Position numbers and translations under genes: made by a program
Shown: piece by piece, positions 21,150 to 36,706 of the stretch
How positions within the stretch are numbered: the stretch's first letter is position 1
How the letters are laid out: every line of letters starts with the position of its first letter
The notes under the pieces: model-generated
Seen by the model: the letters and a program-made list of their open reading frames with translations, nothing else
Told to the model about the DNA's origin: nothing
Database searches by the model: none
Origin: Piromyces finnis finn
Lineage: Eukaryota; Fungi; Neocallimastigomycota
NCBI GenBank assembly: GCA_002104945.1
Contig: MCFH01000041.1
Coordinates: forward strand, 310,001-374,000
Direction: 5' to 3'
DNA length: 64,000 nt

Positions 21150-23125
21150 TTTACCAAAAAAGGAATGTTTTCAATTTATATTTAAAAAAGTTTTATTAAA
21201 TTGTTATAGTTTAATAATAAAAAATAATTCTGATAAATTAGAAAGAATCTAGTTTTTGTATTTCTTTAAAGAAATTATTTATAAAGCTTTATAAAAATGT
21301 TTTTGTTTTTATTGTTTCTTTTACAAAATATATATATAATATTGATGAATAATTTATAATTTTATAATAATAAATAAGCTTATTGTTATTTAAAACATTA
21401 TAAGAGTATTGAATTTTAATAGTATTGGGTATTTTTTATATATTATTTGGTATAAATTTTTTAGATATTAATTTTTATGTTAAAATATTAATAACATATG
21501 ATGGCTTTATTTTCTGTCTTTGTTTATTTGGAAAAATTCAAAATTTGTCTTTTATTGAAATTTTCTTTTTTTTTTATTGGAATATATTTATATCTTTATA
21601 AAATATTCAGCATATTTATATTTATACTGAATATCTATGATATTATTGTTTTTATTATTATTATTATTATAATAATAATAATAATAATACTTTTAAAAAA
21701 AAAAAGTTTAATTTGATTTAGTTTAAATTATTAATTATTAATTATCATTTCTTTTTTTTTTTTTTTCTTAAAACAATAAATTTTTTAGTTCATTCTTTTA
21801 ACCTATTGATCAAATAAATGGCCTGACCTAACGATATTTATATATTTTAAAATATTTTGTAATTTATATTTAATTTAAAATTATGTTAAGCAATATAAAT
21901 TATATATAAATATATATTTATATTAATATATAGCTAATATATTAAAAATATTGTAAAAAACAAAAAATTTAATTTTTTAACTTTAAAATAATTAAAATTT
22001 TTAGAAATAACCAGTTTTAGTAAATTAAAAAAAATAGAATGATTTTTATTATATCTGCAAGGATTATTTGTAATACCTAAATTCTAGGCATAGAAATAAC
22101 AAGCAAATGAATTTATAATAATTTATAACGAAACCTTTTATAAATATTTAAAAAAATAAAAATTAAACTCTTTATCTATATATAACAAAAAAGGATATTC
22201 ATTATATTTTATAATAATTATTACTCTATAAAATATGTAAAGCTACCTTTTTTTTTTTTTGTTTTATTAACTCAATAATTAATTATCAATAAATGTTTCA
22301 TAAAATAGTATTAAATATTTTATTTTCATTGATGTTATTATTGTACTTGTTTCATAAAATTCAATAGCCATTGCCATTTTGCCATTAAAAAAATTAATAA
22401 TAAAATTTAATATTAAATTAAATTAGTAATTAACTAAATTCTTTTTTTTTTTTATATATATATATATATATTTAAATTTATATAATAAATATAGGTATAT
22501 TTCTTTTTTTTTTTTTTTATACATTCTAGAATTTTTATTCATTACGACCATTATTTCTTATGTAATAGGTAAACCCATAACAAAGAAAATTAAACTTTTT
22601 TACTATTATTATTATACTTTTACATTTTTTTTAACCCTCAAATAATTAACATTTATTTAAAGTAAGCCTGAAGTAATTGAAAAAAAAAAAAAATAAAATA
22701 AATAAATAAAAATATTCAAATTTATATATATATTATAACTTTATATGTGAAATGATAAATGCCTTTATTATTTAATATTTCTTTGCTTTAGATATATAGT
22801 AAGAAAAATAATATTTATATATTAAAATATCAAGAAAAAAATTTTGTAAACTATTTTATAAATGGTTTAAATATATAATTTGTATTTTTTTTTTTAAATT
22901 ATTTGCATAGAAGAATAATATAAAAAAATTATTGAGTTAAAAAAAAAAAAAAGAAAAAAAGCAGAAAACTATAACAATCAATATATATTTGCTAAAGGTA
23001 TTTTTTTTTTTTTTTTTTATGAATAATTATGTATATTTACTGATAAAATAGATATATATTATTACTATCGTTACTACTACTATTATTATTATAATTTTAA
23101 ATTAATAATAATTAATTCTTTGGTT

Positions 23126-26100
23126 CTAGCTCTTTTTTAAATTATTTTTTATATTAGGATGTATAATTATATCTACTTTCGTTTTACTATCTTTGGATTT
23201 ATCACTTTCCGGTGTTGGATTAGAATCTTTTTCATCTTCATCCATTGAGTTAGGATCTATTTTTTTAATAGGTGAAGTTGGGGATGGTGTAGGTGATGGG
23301 GATGATGATGAAACTGATGAGTTAAGTGCTGATGTAATGTCGGTATGTTTTAATTTTGGTGATATATTCAAGGTAATCTTTTTATTATTTAATGGTGATT
23401 TTTCATTTAAACTCAATTTACTGGCCTCTTTTTTTAATTTATTTCTATTAATACTTTGAAGAAATAATTCATCATCATCTTCTTTATTTATTTTTTTTCT
23501 TGTTGGAAGTGGTTCATCATCATCATCATTTATATCGTCTTCCTCCCGTGATCTTTTATTGTTATTTCTATTGTTTATAGTGTTGTTTACTGTCATTTCT
23601 TTATCATCATCTTTCATTATATTATCAGTATTGGTTTTGGTAGGTGAAGAAGGTGATTTTTTGTTCTCATCATCTTTGTCATTTTTATTTGTAGACACAA
23701 ATTCAATTTTCCTTATTCTACTATTAGGTAGTGAATATTTATTTGTAGTCATTGCTGTATCGTTATTACTGGTTTTATTGTCTTTTGATTTATCCTCATC
23801 TTCCTTCGATTTATCATTTGAGATAAATGTGGATGTGGATTCATTTTTGGTATCTGATTTTGATTTTATTTCTTTTTCTTCTTCTCCTTCTTCTTCTATT
23901 ATTTCATCATCATCTGGATAATCTACTAAACCTGATGCTAATGGTTGGGTTGATCGAATAAATCTTGCTACTATAGCGTTTGGATTTGCAATTCTTCCTC
24001 TGGAAGGTCCACTTATTGAATTTGCTAATGCAATTTTTGGATTAGAGTTCTTTTCTGTCTTATTTTTATTTGAATCTTCTGTGTTCTTTTCTGTATCTAT
24101 TAGTGTATCTTCATCTTCATCTTCATCATCATTAAAGTAGGCTTCTTCTTCTTCATCTGCTTTACCCCAATCATTCACCTTTGTTGAGGTTGTAGGTAAA
24201 TTACTATAAAAATATATTAATAAATGAAAATGTCAATTAGAATGGATTAATGATATAAAGTTTCATTTTCCCAATTTTCGAAATATATATTAATAATTAC
24301 TTTGTCGTATCATTGGTATTGACTGTTTCAGTATTATCTTGATATTGTTCATATCTTGCTATCAATAATTCAAATACATTTACATAGTTTAAGGATTCCA
24401 AAATCTCGCGATAATTTGATACAATGTGAACAATTAATGATTTTATATTTTCCTATAAATATGGAATATGTGGTTAGTTTATTATTAAATATTATATATT
24501 GTATTATTGTTATTGGTTTTTTTTTTTTTTATTCCTAGAGTATTTATTTACCACTCTAATAAACACAAATAATTCTAAACATGCAGAATTTGGTAAATTG
24601 TTTCTTCTTTCAGTTTCGCATAACATTTGAATAATAGGTTTAAAAACGCAATTTTTTATTAAATGCTTATTATAAAATTCATCTTTCATTGATATACAGG
24701 CTCTAAAATATCTTAAAGCCGCTATAAAAATAAAATAATATATACGTTTAGTATTAAAATACATTTCTTATATACATATTTTATAAATAATGAATCTATA
24801 TATAATTCTCTTACATAATCGAATATATGTTTCATTAGATTTCAAAAGGAAACAAATTTTTTCAGTAATAGTTGATTTTAAAATAAAGAATTTACAGCGA
24901 TAGTTATGATTTTTTATACAAAAACATAATAATTCACATATCATAAAGAAAGTTGAGTTCTTTTCGTAGGTTACGAATAATTCTTTCCTTTCTCCTATTT
25001 TAACGATTTTTTTTTTTTAGAGAGTTTAATAAATATTTATTTTGGATAGTATTTATAAATTTATAAAAGTTATTAAATACGAACTTTTATTTATTCTTAA
25101 ATTTTCTTCTGTTAATTCTGTAATGGGTTTAACTAATAAATTTATGTATTTTTCATAGAATAAATCTAAAAATTCATCAACTTCAGGTTTATTTTGAATT
25201 GTTGTTGTAATACTCTTTTTTTTTTTTTAAAAAAAAATGAATATAATAAAATAACAAAATATAAAGAAAAAAATTAGAAAATTTATATATATATATTAAT
25301 TTTATATATCTTCTATCATCTGTATTTTTTACTTCATTTGGATCAAGAGTTGAGGTATCTAATAATATTCTTAAAATATCCATGTATTGTGAACGAATTC
25401 CTGAATCAGAATCAGAATGGAATCTGTCAATAATAGTTTCTATTAATGGTTTTCCTTCTTTCTTCATTTGATTGATGCAATAATTTCTTACAAGTGCTGT
25501 TTCATGATCAAGCATATTTGAAAGCATTGATATTAGTGCTAATCTTATTGATATATCTTCATGATAAGCAAATTCCTCAACAATTGATAGTAATCCATAT
25601 TCAGTTAATGATCTTAAAATAATATAGAGTTTTATTTATATATTTAAATAAGTATATTATTTAATAATACTCTTAATTTTTTTTTTCCTTTTAATATTTA
25701 TATTTAATCAAATATTTATATATTTACTTATAAAATAAATCTCTATAAACATATTGTAACCCTTTGGTAACAGAGCATAATTCATGTAAAAACATAATAA
25801 CTTGCTTTCTTTTATCAATTAAATTTGTTTTATCATTTAATATATCAAATAAATTCTTTAAAAATTGTTTATCTGTTTGAATAAAATTAACAATAGCAAC
25901 ATAGTTGAAAAATATAATTGAATTTAATGATGAATAGTTTGGATCATCGATTGTCCTTGCTAATACTACATCCTTTAAATATTGTGCTCTATATGTCTGG
26001 TGTATTTTTGCTTCTATTTCAGGATTATTAAAAGAAACAACCTATATAAAATTTATTTAAATTATTAATATTTTTCCAAAAGAAAATTTGTATTCCTTAT

Positions 26101-27689
26101 TTTTTGTATATCAATCATTACATGTTTAAATCTAGTTTTATCGGATAAATATTCTCTATAAGATGCTTTAGCATTTGGAAAATCACGATCACCTATATGA
26201 TATTATTACAATGAAAGTTATTTATTTGTCATTTTTTATAATATTAATTTCTTTTTTACATTTTTATATATTTAAATCTATTTACGTTCAAGCATTCCTA
26301 CAACACCAAGAATTATATCATCTTGCAAAATATGATGGTATATGATATTATCATTTAAATAAACTATACAATAATATTAGTTATTAAAAATATTAATATA
26401 TAGGTTATTTATATATATTTCAAAGCTTATTATTTTTTTAATATTCAACAAAAACACATACTAATAGCTTTCATAATAGCAGATAAACGATATAAATCTT
26501 CAGTACTATCCAAATCCTCGCAATCCTCTAATAATGGAATGAGTTTATCAATGTAATGCTATATATTTAAATAAAATAATGAATATTATTTATTAAATAT
26601 ACTATTTAAAACAGATGTAATGAAACCGGATATAAATTATAATTTTTTTTTACCTCTGAAATAACATAATTAATTAATTGATCTTTTGAGCATATTGATC
26701 GGGAAGCCTGATTAATTGTATTTTCAATTTCTTCCAGATTTGCGATAGTTGGTTCTGGTAAGGAGATAAAATCTGAATCATAGTAATCTTCTATAGTTTT
26801 TATATTTATTTATTTATTCATTTTTTTTTTTTTTTTTAGAATAAAATTAATATATATTTATAAATATTTATGATGGTAAGAATATATCTGATAATGTAAT
26901 AATCTGTTACCGTTTACTACATTGCCTGATGGCGGTAAATCTTTCTGTATTGCTGCTATTTCATTCCTATTTATTTAAAAAAAAAAAAAAAACTCTTAAA
27001 ATGCTGCTTTGATTTTGTGATTTGAATTTTATATTCCTCAATTATAAATGCTTATTGAAATAAACAAAATTCATTTAATTACCAGACTTCAAAACATCCA
27101 GCTGATTCTTGAAAACTTAACGCTAATTCAATATTCTTTTGATCAGTCCATAAAATCAATGTTTCTTGTTGTCTTCTAAATATATATTCTTTATAGATTC
27201 TTGAGTAAAGAATTTGTTGTTGATTTTCCTCTGAAATAACTACTAATGCAGGTATATCATTTGACTATTAAATTGTTAAATTACATGTTACAATTAGATT
27301 CAAAATCTTGCTTATTTATTTCAAATTATCAATATTTATATAAATTTTAATATCTACCTGCATTAATGGTAATATATGACCAGTTCCCCTATCCAACTAT
27401 AAATTAAAATTTTTAAAAATAGCTGTTATTACTATGCCTTATAAATTAAAAGAATTTTATATACAAATATTATTTAAATTGAACCAACCCATGAACCATC
27501 ATCTGATAATTCGTATACTTTAACACGACTGTAAATTGAAAAAAAAAATATTTATATGAATTAGTAATTATTGTATACTACTTAAAAATATAATTGGTGT
27601 ATATTTTCATATTCATTTATAAATAAAATTTACCGTTTTGGTACTGTAATCGAAGAGGAGGAAGAAGATGAAGAAGATGAAGAAGACAT
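23126..27689 (-). CDS. PSY2: Protein phosphatase 4 regulatory subunit 3 (SMEK/PP4R3), multi-exon, with a long acidic/low-complexity tail
   Basis: EVH1-like N-terminus (RVKVYELS...DRGTGH; RRQQETLILWTD...LALSFQESAGCFEVW), SMK-1 core (KIHQTYRAQYLKDVVLAR) and LAALRYFRACI. Confidence 0.93.
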
Positions 27690-30600
27690 TTTACTGATTA
27701 AAAATATATATTTTTAAAATTGTTATTCCTTCTAAAAAAAAAAAAAAAAAAAAAAATCTATAGAACTTCAAATATTTTTGTTCTATTTTCCTTCAATTTA
27801 TGATAGATATAATACTAAAAACTAAAATTCCTTATTTAATATGTGTATTTGGTGGAAATATAAGAATATGAGAAAATGATTTGAAAAGAAAAAAAAAGAT
27901 GTGTCTAAATTTGTGACAAAGGTGTTTGTATATAAATGATATTATTAATTGATGTTGATAATATAAAGTTTGTAAAATATTAAACTTTATATATAATCAA
28001 TTATTTATGTGTTATATGATATATTTATAGTTTTTTTTATTTATTTTTTTTTTTAAATTTTACTTCATTCGTATTGGCTTTATACTAAATTTAATATTAT
28101 TGAATGTTATATATTAAATATTTATAATATAGTAAAAATTTACAGATTTTGTAAAATAATCGATAGATCAAATATTAAAAAAGATTTTAAATTAGTAAAT
28201 TATCCTTTAGAAAAAACTTTATTGATATAGTATAAGATAGTTTTATTACCTTATATATAAATATATAACTTATTGAAATATAAAGAATAAAAACTTTTAA
28301 AAAGAAAATAATAAAAACATAATATTAGTATGTGTATATATAAAATCTTGGAAAAATAATTTATTTAATTGAAATTTATTTAGAATAATATTGATGTATA
28401 TGCCATTATTAAATGATTTTGTTGAATGAAAATGTTTATTTATAACATTTTTGAATTACAAAAAATAAAGAATCTTTCATGAAATTTATAATAAATTACT
28501 CAAAACTTTTATTTTCTTTGATTAATTCAATGCCTTTTCAATATTTTTCATAATAATTATATATAATACTTTTTATTTTGAAATATAAAGTGGATTTCTG
28601 TTTATCTATTTTCCTTTTTTTTTTTTTTTTTTTTTTTTATTTTTATCAAATTAGTTTTTCATTATGTAAAAATTGATAATATTAAAAACAGACTAATATT
28701 AATTTTATTGTTTTTAAATAATGATGAATAAATGATTTTGAAAGCCTATTTTTATTAAAATATTAATATTATTAAATATTGAATATCTATATATCCTAAT
28801 AACGTTTTATTCTTCTGTTCTTTTGAATTGAAACACTAATGTTTTTAATTTCTTAGATGGTACAACTGAAATGCATTTTTTTTTTTTTTTTTTTGATTCA
28901 ATTTTTAATTTTTCAAATAAAAAATAAATTGTACTTTATTTAAATTAAATTACATACAATAAAAAGATATGAAGTAATAAAATACAATAGTAATGTATTT
29001 ATTTAATAGATTAGATTGTGTTGAAAATAAGAATTTTTTTATAAAATGAATGATAAATCTCTCCTTTTTTTTTTCAAAGATTTACATTTATAAAAATTAT
29101 TACTATTAATTTTTTAAAACTAAAAAAAGTATCAATATGTAATATTCATAAAATCAAATATTAATTAATTATAATTTAATATAAAATATGAAATTTTTTA
29201 TTTATCTATATAATAATAATAATAATAATAATTATTATTATTATTATTAAATACCATATTATTTATTTATTTAATTATTTATTTATTTAATTATGTAGGT
29301 AGTTAAACAACAACTTTATTAATTTAATTTATTGGATTATATTATCTGTATAAGTTATATATAAAACAATTTATTATAATGTATAATATAATATATGATT
29401 CATCATAGATTATAAATAAAAAATAAATTTTAAAGGTAAAATATACTACGATGAAGGCCTATTTTATGTAACTTTTTGCAATAAAATAAGATTGTAACAT
29501 TTTATTATTTACAGCAACGTTCAAGAAATATGAAAAAAAAATATAAAAATATCTTTTTTAAACACTATTCTATACAAAATAATAAATAATTTGATTACTT
29601 TTCAATAATAGTAATAGCTTTTAAATTATATATTTAATTAATAATAATTTAAAAATTAAACCTAAAAAAAAAAAAAAAAACATGGTTATCATTACAACAT
29701 TTTTTTGTAAAGGATTATATTATTAATATTATTAATTATTTTATTTTAATGGACAACGTCAAATATTTATCGACTTAACATTTAATAAAGTTAATATATA
29801 TTATAGAAAAACTGCTGATGAATAATTGTATTAATCAATATAAATAATACCAATAAAGAACTTTTTATATTGACTATTCAATTTTATTAAAATAAGAAGA
29901 CTGAAATTGCGCTGATTTTATGTTTATCAATTTATTCTTTTAAAAAAGTTAATAAAGCTATTATTACAAAGGTAGGACTATAATAATTAAATCACATAAA
30001 AAATATAAATATAAAAATAATAATATATATAATCTATTCAGAATATTATTATTGCTGTTGCTGTTGTTGTTGTTGCATTTATTTCTATCTTATTATTAGA
30101 AAATATATCTATATAATCTGTATATATTATGCTTCAAAAAAAAAAACTTTTAGTTGACCACAAAAAAAGTTTTTCATCCACTAATAAATTAATATAATTT
30201 TCCCTTATATATTAATGTTAAATTCCATTTTTTTAATCCGAAAATGATCATGTGACATTGTTTCCTTTAAAGTTTTTTTCTTTGAAAATAAAAATAAATT
30301 ACATTTTAATTTATGTAATTGAATTGTACAATTTTAATATATAAATTGTTCCATTTTTTTATTATTTTTTTTGGTGAAATTTAATTTAATAAATTATTTA
30401 AAAAATAAAAAATATATTTACTTTTTATTTATTTATTTATTTATTTTTGGTAACGGCCAGTGACTGACTAGAAGAGAAATAGCAAACAATGAAAAAGTGT
30501 CTTTATAAATAATAAACTTTACACGATATAATTATAAATAATACAATAAGTTATAAAATAAAAAATAATAATAATTAGTATTCGTAATTAAAAGTGAATA

Positions 30601-30822
30601 AGACGTTTCTGATTATTAAATTCTATAATTTTATTAACTAAAAATATACAAAATTATAAAATATTAATGTCAAAATAAAAAAAACTATAACAATTTTATT
30701 GTTATTAATTTATTGCATTTACAATTTTAATATCATATAACCAAAAAATTTATAAATTAAAAATAAAAATAATATAATATTTTAAAAATTCGAAATTCAA
30801 TAATTAAACTTTATAAAACCAA

Positions 30823-31071
30823 ATGTCTGAAAATCAAAGTAAAAATAACGAAATTTCTTCATTTTTGGATATTTTATCCCCACTTAGAAGAAGAAACAAT
30901 AGCAGTGATAGTAATATATCACCAGTTTCTGATACCCTTAATAAAGATGAAAATATAAATAAAACAACAAATGAAACGGTTATTGTTATTTTGAAATATT
31001 TGTTTTATAATAGTTATGAATATGATAATAATAAATAACAATTTATATTAAATATTAATAATTCCTATTGC

Positions 31072-31112
<41 letters not shown>

Positions 31113-31946
31113 TCTAACATACAAAGTATTTTTATGTTGCGACAGTTGATGAACAGCAAAAAAAAGTATTTTTTTTTTTTAAATTATCATTACTATTATT
31201 ATTATTTTATTATAATAAAATAATATATATATGTCCAAGTTTTGATATGTATAAATGTATTTATTAAATAAAAAATTTAGAATTTAGATTCTTTACTATC
31301 TCAAAATTACTATAAGATAACAGTATTGGTAGGTTCTTTTTATATGATAATAACAATATAAAATATTGTGTTTGGTTTAAAATGTATTGAAAAAATTTTT
31401 TTTTTAATTTATTTATTCTTTATTTTTTATTCATTTTTAAAGACAAATAATCCAAATTTACCAAAATATGAATATGTAATAGAAAGAAAAATAAAAGATT
31501 TTCAAATTTTATATCAAATACTTTGTAAATATACCCATTTACTTATCTAATTATAATTAAAATAATAAATAAAATAAATAAAATAAAATGGACAATAAAT
31601 TGAAATTTATATTTTTTGTGTAATTAATAATAATTTATAACTATTCATTTAAAAAAGTGGAAAATAATCCAGGTATTTTTGTTCAGCCCGTTATCGAAAA
31701 ATATTCTATCAGTACTACTCATGAAGAAGCAATTAAGAATAGGAAATATTTTTTGGAAAAATTTTTAAAACAAATTTCTAATCATCCAGTTCTTAGAAAA
31801 GATCCTGTTATTGAAAAATTCTTTGTTGCTGGAAAGTTTAATGAAAAGGTTTATATATATTATGATAATAAATTAAAGAGAGGTTCTTTTTTTTTTCTAA
31901 AGCATTAATCTATACCAAATAAATATTGATTTATATATGTATTTCC

Positions 31947-31979
<33 letters not shown>

Positions 31980-33250
31980 GGAACCTGATAGTAATAAAAA
32001 ATTCAAATTATTTAGAAATACTCCAAATAATACATTTTTAAAAGGAACAGAAAACGACGAGGTACTATTATATATATATATATATATATAAAAGAAAAGA
32101 TTATAAACATTTTAATTTAGAATAATAATAATGATAACCCCAATAAACTCTTTTACAATAAATAGAAAATATTGAGTCAAAAAATGAGAATTGAATTATT
32201 AGGTAATCAATTAAAGACACTTATAAAAGTGTTAGAGACATTAACTAAAAATCAAAAGGATAATATATCAATATATGATGATGTTATACAAGCTTTTTCT
32301 GATTTTGAAAAATCTAAAGAAGACAAACCTATCAGTTTCAATGTGAAAAGTTTCAAGGTTGTAATGGAAAAATTAAAAAAATATGAAAAAAAATATGTAA
32401 ATATTTCAGTTTTTTTTTATTTGAAATGGGATATTATATAATATATATACTTAATTTTATATTATTTTTTCTTTTTAATTGATTAACAATTTAAACTCTT
32501 TAAATAAATATATAGCAAAAACAGGATATTCATGATATATTATTACTATCGGATGAATATATACAAAAACTGGATTCAATAAAAGTAAATGAAATTTTAA
32601 TTATACAATAAAAGATTAATTGCATATTTAAAAAAAATTTTTTTTTTATTTGAACGTTTTATTTAAATATATAAATTATTATTTTCTTAAATAATAAAAA
32701 GAGTTGTTATAATGCTCGTACACGTCTATATAATACATGGATGGATACCTTACAGGAATATAAAACTAAATTAGAGAGTCTTAATAAAACAAAAGATACA
32801 TGGATGTTTGAACAAGACACCTTAAAAGCAAAAAAAAATGAATTTGATGCTTTAAACCAAAAATTAAAAAGTCAGGAAAATGATTTTAATCAAATAACAG
32901 ATACTATTCAAAATGAATTACAAGCATTCGAAAAATTGAGATTAGAAGAATTTCTTGATGCCCTTCAACATTGGTTAGAAATTCTTCTTGAAAAGGAAAA
33001 TAAAGTAAATTTTAAAATCAATCATCCTTCAATAATAATATATTATAGAATAAAACACTACTACTAATTACTAATAAAATACTAAAATACTATTAATATT
33101 ATCATACTAATTTTTTAAAATTTGTTTTATATAATTATCTTTTTTTTTTTCCTATATATAAATCTAAAGAAAATTAAAACCTATGAAAAATATTTTATTC
33201 ATATTGAAAAAGAAAATCAAAATCAAAAAAATAGTAAAGAAACAAATTAA
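30823..33250 (+). CDS. PX-BAR sorting nexin (Vps5/SNX1-like architecture), about 9 exons
   Basis: PX-like exons YYKIT|TNNP...VIERKIKDFQILY...PGIFVQPVIEK...RKYFLEKFLKQISNHPVLRKDP, followed by a helical BAR region ending ELQAFEKLRLEEFLDALQHWLE. Confidence 0.78.
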
Positions 33251-33509
33251 AAAAAAAAAAAAAAATTAAAATATATAAAACATTGTACTATGTATATTAT
33301 TAAAAAAAAAAAAAAAAAAAAAAAAGGACTTCGTTAATAAACAAAATCATAAAATAATATTAATTGAATAAACAATCATCACAAAATATTATTTATACTT
33401 TTATAAATATTGCATTTAAAGATTAAATGAAAAGTAGGTTTAATTTTTATTATAATAATAATAATAATAATTTATTTTTATTTTATTTTATTTTATTTTT
33501 TATTTTATT

Positions 33510-33543
<34 letters not shown>

Positions 33544-33675
33544 ATATATATATAATTTATTATTTCTTTAAAGAATAATTAATAATTAAAATACTATATA
33601 TATATATATATATTATATTATTATTGTTAATGAAAAGATATTTATGTAATTATATAAGAAATAGAAAAAAGAAAA

Positions 33676-33710
<35 letters not shown>

Positions 33711-35213
33711 AATATTAGTTATATTTATAATAAAAAGAAAAAAACATATAAATTCTATTATCTTTTATAATTTTATATTTTTTTTTTTTATTATTGAATA
33801 ATATCAATTAAAAAAAAAAAATTTAAAATATAAAAAAGATACAACTTAATAATATACTTAATTATTTTAAATTGCTACAAGAGATTAATGAATATTTCAT
33901 ATCATTTTTTCATTTAGTATACAATAAAATAATATATTCAAAATTGTGAAAAGTATATTATTCATTGCTTTTTTTTTTTTTTTTTTTTTTAAACGAATTA
34001 AAATATTATAAAAAAAAAAAGAAAAAAAAATTGTATTTTAAAGTTGATTTTACAAATGAATCTTAATTATTTTATTTTTATATGTTATACATTAGCATGA
34101 CAGAACAAAAGATTCATATTTGTTTTCTCTATTTATTTAAAATATTAGTTCTAAGTTTTATAGAATTGTATTTTTAAATTTTTCTTTCTAAGAAAAACAA
34201 AAAAGAAAAAGGTTAATAAAGTTTATTATATTTTTACGTTTTATTAATTGTATATTCTGTATATAAAATATTTTACGATTGATTAATTGATTGCTTGTTT
34301 TTTTTTTTTTTTTTTTTTTTTTTGATATTTATATTTATAATGTTTATTCCTGAAAAAATAGTAATAACGGAAAAGAGAAATTTAAATTGAAAAGTTTAAA
34401 ACTATTTTTTTTTTCCTTTTTGTTTTACTATTTTTTTTTTTTTTTTCATATTATTATTATTAATTTTTTTAAATGTTGACTTATTAACAGTGTTGTTGTA
34501 TTATACTATTTATTCATTGGTAATTTCAAGAAACTATAAGAATAAAAAGTCAATACTCTTATGCTTCTATAATTAGCAATGATAAATATTATTCATTATA
34601 TTTATATATATATTGATTTTTAATTTAAATTTTTATTTAGTATTACATTTTATTTGATGCGATTGATTATTATATATTCAATTGTTCATTCACTTATATG
34701 TGGAATGCACTTTATTTTCTTTATTTAAACAAATAGGTTCTATTTTTTCCTAGATATAGTTAATAAAAAATATGCATGAAAAAATAGTTTTATACAATAC
34801 AATAATTTAGTTTACCTTTCATCCATTTTTATAACTTTATTAACAATTTCATTCTGTTATAGTAAATAATATATTAGAAAAATGCTTTATAAATACTGAA
34901 TTTTTTTTTTTTTTTACTGATATTAATCAAATAAAAAATATTAATTTTTTGATTACTGTAATTATCTGCATTTTTTTTTATTACTAAAGAATGACAACGG
35001 ATTGGATTTAAAATAAATTATTTATAAGATGTTGAGTATATTTAATGAAATCTCAAAAAATTTTGATTATATTAAATTACTTTTTTTTTTTTTTTTGATT
35101 TATATAAATATTATAATTTAATAATGGTTGTTGTTGCTATTTTATTAATTACTCATTGTTGTATTGTTGGGTTTTGATTATTGTTATTATCATTATTATT
35201 ATTATTATTACAA

Positions 35214-36706
35214 TTAAACAATAACAGCTGATCTTGATAAAAGGCCTAAAAATGGGTAAGTCTTTTCAGTAAAACTTCCACTAAATCTATTAGTTGCAGA
35301 AGATGCTTGATTCATTGTAGAAATTATCTTATTTTTATAATTACTACTGAGAGTATTTTTAATTTTTGATTTACTATTTAATTCATTATTAATAATTTCA
35401 CTAGTGTTTGGAATTGCTGCTAATAATGAATTTCTTTTATTAACCAAATCTGATGAATATGGCATTTTGCTATCAACAACCTATATATATTATTTATTTA
35501 AGTTATTTGTTATTATTGCATTATTATTTTATTTTTTATAATATATATATGAATCTAATAAAGTATAAATATATATTTAAAAAAAAATACCATAGAATTA
35601 AAAATCTTATACTGTGAATTAACTGGATTGAAATTAACATTAGAATAAATAGATGTTGCAGAAGAAGTTGACAAATGTTTAGTTTTATTGGTCAAGTTAC
35701 AATTTTCATTTACAATTAGTTGTTCATCAAAAATAACATTCTTTAAAATATCATTAACAGTTGTATGATTGGTTTGAGGTTTGGAAACCTTTTTAATACT
35801 TGAAGAAGTTTTAGACTTGGCTTCTTCCTTTTTTTCCTTTTTCTTATTTTTCTTTTTATCCTTTTTAGATATAGCTGCAGCTGGTAATATTAATGGTGAT
35901 TTTTTACTATTTGTTAATGAAGAATCAGATAAATATGGTGATACACTTCCTGTCTTTTTTACATTAGGTGAACTACCTTTATGATTCTTAGTAGTTTTCT
36001 TGTGTTCTGCTTTTTCTTTATTTTTATCGTAAAGTGTAATAATTTGACCATCATCTATAGAATATGACACTGATCCCGGATCACACCATAAAACTATTTC
36101 TCCTTTTGATAAGAACATAGCTTTAAATGCTTCATACTTAACTGGACCTTTTCCTTTTTCCAACACATTTGTTTTGATTGCTTTAAGACTTGGACTATTA
36201 TCTATTATACTTATTTTTTTTGATGATTCTTCAAAAGAATCTTCATCAAGTTCTGGAGGTGGAATTATTGTTATTACTTTTGAAAAATCATTAATAGATA
36301 TATTTAAATTAGATATAACTTCTTGATTATGTTCACTTTTCAAATATAAATCTTTTTCATTAATTTCCAATATTCCAGATTTATATCCAGCTTCAATAAG
36401 AATTGGGTCTAAAGTTGATTTTAAAACAAGTATCGAACGACATGCATTACCCTTTAATGGTTGTTTTTTATCCCATGTATATTGCTTATACTTACTTGTA
36501 AGTATAGCCCTTAAATTGGTTTTAAAATTCAAAATTTGTTCTAAATTAAACAAATTTGAATTTATTAGATATCTACAAAAGAAATCACAAACCATTGAAA
36601 TTTCAGGATACATTTTTTTTTTGTTATTATTGTTATTACAAGTAATTAAACCATTGTTCTTTGAGACATTTTTTTTAGCCTTTGAAGATTTATTATTTTT
36701 TGCCAT
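35214..36706 (-). CDS. BTG/Tob (APRO) family protein, 2 exons (36706-35591 and 35480-35214); an alternative start MYPEI lies at 36613
   Basis: MYPEISMVCDFFCRYL, box A TWDKKQPLKGNACRSI...LDPILIEAGYKSG, and box B EIVLWCDPGSVSYSID, collinear with metazoan BTG/Tob (HWYPEKPxKGSGYRCI...DPVI...LxxWxDPxEVSYxIG). Confidence 0.85.

Noticed and set aside
21498-21716. Short hydrophobic intergenic ORFs (also 59429-59650 and 62855-63160)
   Set aside because: Low-complexity AT-rich sequence with non-ATG or context-free starts and no homology cues.
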